DNA of 53,239 nucleotides from Nitrospirota bacterium (GTDB taxonomy: Bacteria > Nitrospirota > UBA9217), in NCBI GenBank assembly GCA_035623825.1, contig DASPSR010000050.1, positions 1 through 53,239 on the forward strand, given 5' to 3'. This document shows, piece after piece, positions 48,065 through 53,239 of this stretch (its first letter is position 1; each line of letters begins with the position of its first letter). The translations under genes and the position numbers were made by a program. The notes below the pieces were generated by a model. It ran no database searches. It saw nothing but the letters and a program-made list of their open reading frames with translations, and had not been told where the DNA came from.

Positions 48065-48631
48065 GATTTCCCTTTTCACGTGCCGATCTACCTATAATAT
48101 AGCACCAATTATGTCCTGTTTCAGCATGATTGCGGGCCGCGATTGATCAGGTTCTTTAATGCAAGAAATGAAATGATGACGGAGGGCCGATTAGCTTGAC
48201 ACCGCTTTAATACAATATCTTGTAGCTCGCCACGGGTAAGCTAAATCAAGGAATAGCTTGAAAAACCACGGGTTTTTCAAATGATAACCGTCCTCCGCTT
48301 AGATGCGCTATCGGCTTGCTGCGGGGTGATCCATTGCAGCTGCTATTAGTGGAAATGAACTGTCGTTTCTTGAAGTTGTTAAAAGTTGCCGTCCCTTGAT
48401 TCACACCAATTTGTCAACTGGCAACTGTTAGCATCTCCTCATTAAATTTTCCGGTCGATATTTCCGGTCGATATTGTTGACATCAGCCAAGATAAGGCAT
48501 ATATTCGTGAAAAAGAATTTTGGCGCTTCATAAGTCTTTGGAGCAGGGTTGAGATTACGCTTTGTACGCGAAAAAACCTGCTTAAGGTAGAGTTTTTGCG
48601 GCTCAATACAATAGGCAAGTAGGAGGCAAAC

Positions 48632-49225
48632 ATGCGTGTTGTCGTAGTCGGAGCAACGGGAACCATTGGCCAAGCAATTGTGGCTGCACTCATGCGTGAT
48701 CACGAGGTATTGCCCGTCAGCCGGAACTCGAGAATTCGTGTGGATATCACCGACCCAGAATCCATCCGCACGATGTACAAGACGGTTGGCGCAATCGATG
48801 CGGTCATCAGTGCGGCTGGCGAGGCGCGCTTTGCGCCGCTGATGCAGCTAACCGATGCCGACTTTCAGTTCTCGCTGAATAACAAGCTCATGGGGCAGGT
48901 GAACCTGGTCCGTTTCGGCATGGAATCAATGCGCGATCGCGGCTCCTTCACGCTTACCAGCGGCACACTGGCACGATCCCCGATGAAAGGGAGCGGTGTG
49001 ATAAGCCTGGTGAACGCCGGGTTGGAGGGGTTCGTCCGCGCGGCCGCGCTGGAAGCGCCCCGCGGCATCCGGGTCAACATCGTCAGCCCATCATGGATAA
49101 CCGACACGCTTCGGGCGCTCGGCATGGACCCGTCACACGGCATCTCCCCCGAGACTGCTTCCAAGCTCTATGTGCAAAGCCTTGTCGGTAATCAGTCCGG
49201 TGTGGTCATCGAAGCGAAAGTTTGA
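48632..49225 (+). CDS. Short-chain dehydrogenase/reductase
   Basis: VVVGATGTIG, NKLMGQVNL, RVNIVSP; SD AGGAGG. Confidence 0.9.
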   Translation: MRVVVVGATGTIGQAIVAALMRDHEVLPVSRNSRIRVDITDPESIRTMYKTVGAIDAVISAAGEARFAPLMQLTDADFQFSLNNKLMGQVNLVRFGMESMRDRGSFTLTSGTLARSPMKGSGVISLVNAGLEGFVRAAALEAPRGIRVNIVSPSWITDTLRALGMDPSHGISPETASKLYVQSLVGNQSGVVIEAKV

Positions 49226-49447
49226 AAAACGAACACTACCTCTGAGGAGATGATGTAACAGCATGTAATCGCGATTCATGTACACCGCCGCTGGAGCGCG
49301 CGTTTCTTCCTGAAATTTTTTGCTTTTCCTAAGCCGGCTCAATGGTGCAAAGTCCAACCCGAATTGATGACTTAATGATTTCCGATCGGTCCTGGTCACA
49401 TTTGATGGAGGCTTGCAGGCTGTATCCACAAGTGAGGGAGATTTCGC

Positions 49448-50569
49448 ATGAAACGATCGCTTCTCTTTTCACCGTTCAAGATTAAAGGGCTTGCCCTAAA
49501 AAACCGTATCACAATGGCGCCGCTCTTTCTATCCTACGCAAATCCTGATGGGACGGCGAGCGAATTGATCATGGACTATTATCGGGAGATGGCGGCGTCA
49601 GGTGCGGCGATGATCGTAACTGAAAATGTTGCCATTGATCCCTCGGGTATGGGATCGCCCTATACTCTTCGGGCAGACAACGACCATGCGATAGCCGAAC
49701 TTGCAAAAATCGCGAAGGCTATTCATCAGGAAGGTGTGATCGCCATAAGCCAGCTAAATCACGCTGGCAGATACGCCCATGCTTCACAGCAGAGGCTTGC
49801 GCCCTCACCAGTAAAAACAGGCGGGGTAGTGCCGAAAGAGATGAACGCGGAAGAAATAGAAACGATCATCAAGTCATACGCGGAAGCCGCGGCGCGGGTT
49901 AAAGAGGCGGGATTTGACGGGGTCGAACTCCATGGAGGCACGGGGTACCTTCTCGTACAGTTCCTCTCCAGACGCACGAACCAGAGAAAGGACGATTACG
50001 GCGGTCCGCTCGAAAACAGAATGAGGTTTCCCCTGAGAGTAGTCGAAACGGTCATGAAAAGCGTGGGTGAGTATCCGGTGGGATACCGTTTCCTCGCCGA
50101 TGAGTGGCTGCCTGAGGGACTTCATACGGACGAAACTTCACTCTATGCGAAGGAGCTTGCAAAAAGAGGCGTTGCCTACCTCTCCGTCATGGCAGGGACG
50201 TACGATTCATTCTTCCTTCCCGCGTACAAGGAAAAAGAGAAAGAAGAGGCGTATATGGCCCATTTTGCCGGGAGAATCAAGGAGGCGGTACCCGAACTGC
50301 CCGTCATCGCTGCGGGACGCATTCAAACACCTGAAACGGCTGAAAAAGTTCTTGAAGAAGGCGCCGCCGACCTCATCGGCCTTGCGAGGGTACTCTTTGC
50401 CGACCCCTTGTGGCCCAAAAAGGCCGCCGGCAAGGATGACAAACCGATAGTCAAATGCTTGCCAACATGTAACCTTTGCATGGAGATGGTCATGAAGGGC
50501 AAGCCGGCCTTCTGCGCCCGCTGGGATAAGGGGAAAAGAGAGCAATTTCTCTCCATTCACGGAAAATAA
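49448..50569 (+). CDS. NADH:flavin oxidoreductase (Old Yellow Enzyme family) with C-terminal Cys cluster
   Basis: KNRITMAP, QLNHAGR, AGFDGVELHGGTGYL, RTNQRKDDYGG; C-terminal CxxxCxxC-x11-C. Confidence 0.92.
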   Translation: MKRSLLFSPFKIKGLALKNRITMAPLFLSYANPDGTASELIMDYYREMAASGAAMIVTENVAIDPSGMGSPYTLRADNDHAIAELAKIAKAIHQEGVIAISQLNHAGRYAHASQQRLAPSPVKTGGVVPKEMNAEEIETIIKSYAEAAARVKEAGFDGVELHGGTGYLLVQFLSRRTNQRKDDYGGPLENRMRFPLRVVETVMKSVGEYPVGYRFLADEWLPEGLHTDETSLYAKELAKRGVAYLSVMAGTYDSFFLPAYKEKEKEEAYMAHFAGRIKEAVPELPVIAAGRIQTPETAEKVLEEGAADLIGLARVLFADPLWPKKAAGKDDKPIVKCLPTCNLCMEMVMKGKPAFCARWDKGKREQFLSIHGK

Positions 50570-50984
50570 ATTCCCGTGCCGGCACACGAGAAACAAGATC
50601 AGGCAGCATGTTACAACCGGAACTCATAAGATATGCAATAAAGAGGAATCGCTATGTCACCCGCAAATAAGGGCGGTTGGAAGACATGCTCGAGAGGCCA
50701 CAAATATAGAGGGCGGGGTGGATGCCCGATCTGATGGAAAGGTCATAGCTCGGCCGGTGGCCGGAGGGTCAAAAAGGAGAAAATATCAAGACCAACGTTG
50801 CGCGCGTCAAAACGAATTGTTTAGAAGCATATTCACAGAATGGCCCGGCTGCTGCCTGACAAATGCTTGCCATGTGGCCATTGATCGAAATCTTGCTGAA
50901 TCAATCGACGGATTTACAATATCAGAATTAAAAGTTTCATGATAAATCGTTAGTTGATATTTTTGACATGAAAGGGGTCCTTGA

Positions 50985-51623
50985 ATGATAATCAAGTTCC
51001 TGAATATCGGTCTGCCGAAGAAGGAGATGTTTCACGGCAAAGAATTCATGACGGGCATGTGCAAAAAACCGGTTACAATCCCTCTCCCGCTGACGCATCT
51101 GGGATTTGAAGGAGATGGCGTGGGGGACCTGAAACATCACGGCGGAAGCGACAAGGCCGTTTGTGTTTACTCCATCGATCACTACGAGTACTGGGAAAAT
51201 ATGCTCGGGATACAAATGCCTGACGCCGCATTTGGCGAGAATTTTTCCGTGACGGATATGAATGAAGAGGGTGTCTGTATAGGCGACATGTATCGCTCGG
51301 GAACTGCATTGGTACAGGTAAGCCAGCCGCGTCAGCCCTGCTCGACGCTTGCAGCACGGTACGGCAGAGAGGATTTCGTGAAGCTTGTCGTGGATTCCGG
51401 CCGGACGGGCTTCTACGTGAGGGTGCTAGAGGAGGGAAGGGTCAAAGCAGGAGACGGCCTTTCCCTCGTTGAAAAGGACTCCCACCGCGTATCGATCGCC
51501 TTCGCAAATCGTATCTATCATCACGATCGGAAAAACCGCGAAGGTATCGAGAAAGTTCTAACCCTTCCCTCCCTTTCGGAATCCTGGAGAAAATCGTTTC
51601 AGGAATTAAAGGACCGGGCCTAG
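50985..51623 (+). CDS. MOSC domain protein (YiiM-like) with 3-alpha domain
   Basis: GDGVGDLKHHGGSDKAV, FGENF, VSQPRQPC, GRTGFYVRVLEEG. Confidence 0.92.
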   Translation: MIIKFLNIGLPKKEMFHGKEFMTGMCKKPVTIPLPLTHLGFEGDGVGDLKHHGGSDKAVCVYSIDHYEYWENMLGIQMPDAAFGENFSVTDMNEEGVCIGDMYRSGTALVQVSQPRQPCSTLAARYGREDFVKLVVDSGRTGFYVRVLEEGRVKAGDGLSLVEKDSHRVSIAFANRIYHHDRKNREGIEKVLTLPSLSESWRKSFQELKDRA

Positions 51624-51751
51624 CATGCCGCTTTGTCTGAGCGATACTGATCAAATCGCCATCTCGATCGTTCTCGATCCTTCTTCTCGCTGCCCGCTAT
51701 AGAGCCTGTGGATGGGCCTGTACGGCAACCGTACAGGTATCATCGATCATA

Positions 51752-51808
51752 ACGCGGATGCTGAACAATAACAATTTCTTCCCGTAACGTTTTGCCAGGC
51801 TTTCCTTC
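51752..51808. repeat. Dispersed intergenic repeat, copy B
   Basis: Similar to 45739-45794; preceded by perfect hairpin CCTGTACGG-caa-CCGTACAGG (51717-51737). Confidence 0.7.
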
Positions 51809-51937
51809 TGAACTGCGCAACAGCCGTCTCCTATGAAGATTTCATGTTTCATGTGGAAATCTTCATAGAGTTATGCCATAATAGCGACGTCGATGCGTAC
51901 AATCAACAGATTGAACTTCTGCTCTTAATAAGCGCCA

Positions 51938-53239
51938 ATGGACAAAAGAAAGCATAAGATACTGTTCGTCAACGATGGTCCTGATGATGCTCACTCGCTC
52001 CTGGAGAAGCTCAAGGAGGCGGGCGATGTTTTCGAACTAATTTACATCCAGGGGCCCGATCAAGACCTGGAGAGCCTCTTCAGCAGTGATTTCGATGTCT
52101 TTCTACTTGACCTCAGTAATGCCGATGGCCGCGGAGAGGATATCCTCAACAAACTCCAAAAGCATGTAACGACCACACCCACATTGGTCCTTACGAGCGC
52201 CGAGAATGAGTCCCTCGGATTACGTGCGCTTCAATTAGGAGCACTGGATTATCTGAGAAAAGACCGGACAGATGTCGATGCCTTGCTTCGTTTGTTGCGT
52301 CAGGGCGCAGAATACGGCAAGACCAAAAAAGCGCTCTTGGAGAGCGATGCAAGATACCGACTGCTCCTGGAATCGGTCACAGACTATGTGTACACCGTCC
52401 AGGTAGAGAATGGCCATCCCGTGGCAACATCGCATGGCCCTGGGTGCGTCGCGGTAACCGGATATACGCCTGAAGAATATTCTGCGAACCCGTTCCTCTG
52501 GTATTTGATGATCCATGAGGGAGACCGACAGGCTGTCATGGAACAGGCTGACTCTATTCTTTCGCGGAAAAACGCATATCCACTCGAACACCGCATAATT
52601 CACAAGGACGGCCGCGTGCTCTGGATAAAGAACACGCCGGTCCCCCGCATCGACCAACAGGGGAACCTCGTAGCATACGATGGCTTAGTCACAGACATCA
52701 CCGATCGCAAGCAGGCCGAAGCGAAACTCATCCATGATGCCTTCCATGACGCACTGACCGGCCTGCCGAACCGGGCCCTTTTCATGGACAGGCTCCAGCG
52801 TACTATCACCACATTTCAGCGCAGGACCGGCACTCCCAACTACGCGGTGCTCTTCTGCGACATAGACCGCTTCAAGGTGATCAATGACAGCCTCGGCCAC
52901 CCCATGGGTGATCAGCTCCTTCGCATCGTCGGGCGAAAGCTCATTGACTGCGTTCGCCCCGGCGACACCGTGGCGCGCCTGGGAGGAGACGAATTCGCAA
53001 TCCTTCTGGAGAACATAGGCGATCTCGCTCATGCTGAAGATGTTGCCGAACGGGTGAAAAGGACATTGTCAACCCCTATTATTGTCAAGGGAAATAACAT
53101 TTTTACATCTTTGAGCATCGGAATCGCGATAGGAACAGAGCGGTATGAACGGCCGGAGCAGGCCCTGCGCGACGCGGACATCGCAATGTACGAGGCAAAA
53201 AGCCGAGGGAACTCCTCCTATGAGATCTTCGATGCCAAG
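51938..53239 (+). CDS. REC-PAS-GGDEF diguanylate cyclase (3'-partial; may continue into an EAL domain)
   Basis: Absent from the ORF track because it has no stop. Read by hand: MDKRKHKILFVND..FLLDL..GALDYLRK; PAS EHRIIHKDG; HDALTGLPNR; RPGDTVARLGGDEF at about 52955-52996. Confidence 0.92.
   Translation, partial: MDKRKHKILFVNDGPDDAHSLLEKLKEAGDVFELIYIQGPDQDLESLFSSDFDVFLLDLSNADGRGEDILNKLQKHVTTTPTLVLTSAENESLGLRALQLGALDYLRKDRTDVDALLRLLRQGAEYGKTKKALLESDARYRLLLESVTDYVYTVQVENGHPVATSHGPGCVAVTGYTPEEYSANPFLWYLMIHEGDRQAVMEQADSILSRKNAYPLEHRIIHKDGRVLWIKNTPVPRIDQQGNLVAYDGLVTDITDRKQAEAKLIHDAFHDALTGLPNRALFMDRLQRTITTFQRRTGTPNYAVLFCDIDRFKVINDSLGHPMGDQLLRIVGRKLIDCVRPGDTVARLGGDEFAILLENIGDLAHAEDVAERVKRTLSTPIIVKGNNIFTSLSIGIAIGTERYERPEQALRDADIAMYEAKSRGNSSYEIFDAK

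Noticed and set aside
51700-51737. TAGAGCCTGT as an IS5-like terminal repeat
   Set aside because: No matching partner end, target duplication or transposase in the window; too short to support a mobile element.
52235-53032. Minus-strand ORFs of 70-140 aa
   Set aside because: Antisense to the REC-PAS-GGDEF gene.

Overview
Bacterial genomic DNA, mostly coding on the + strand. Gene style and regulators suggest a Desulfobacterota/Nitrospirota-like organism (inference, not a taxonomic assignment). (1) 1-14915: a GC-rich 10-gene cell-envelope operon. It encodes a giant multi-OmpA-domain outer-membrane protein (5' end outside the window), three TPR proteins, a GltF-like small protein, a MotA/TolQ/ExbB + 2x ExbD proton channel and a TonB-C/AgmX-like transducer, resembling the ancestral core of the Myxococcus Agl-Glt machinery. 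(2) 15-19.6 kb: DedA/VTT protein, exported DUF255 thioredoxin-domain protein and an atypical thioredoxin reductase. (3) 19.8-34.6 kb: a multi-metal island with a DUF2318 Fe-S lipoprotein; a copper cluster (DUF2946-like leader ORF, TlpA, CASCGC beta-barrel, duplicated Met/His-rich periplasmic protein, His1 beta-barrel, copC, copD); a NikR-controlled exbB-exbD-tonB/TonB-dependent receptor locus with clear operators and decayed duplicate nikR and tonB fragments; a 7-bladed propeller lipoprotein; and modE-like, mop and an orphan tupA. (4) 35-53 kb: mixed accessory genes (GT-C glycosyltransferase, Cys-rich repeat protein, Slp, methyltransferase, AsmA-like protein, AI-2E transporter, cNMP-binding protein, PAS-GAF histidine kinase, SDR, OYE, MOSC) and a REC-PAS-GGDEF gene that runs off the 3' end. 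No rRNA, tRNA, CRISPR array or intact mobile element was recognised. The best candidates for an undescribed system are the extended copper cluster and the Agl-Glt-like envelope machine with its giant OmpA protein.
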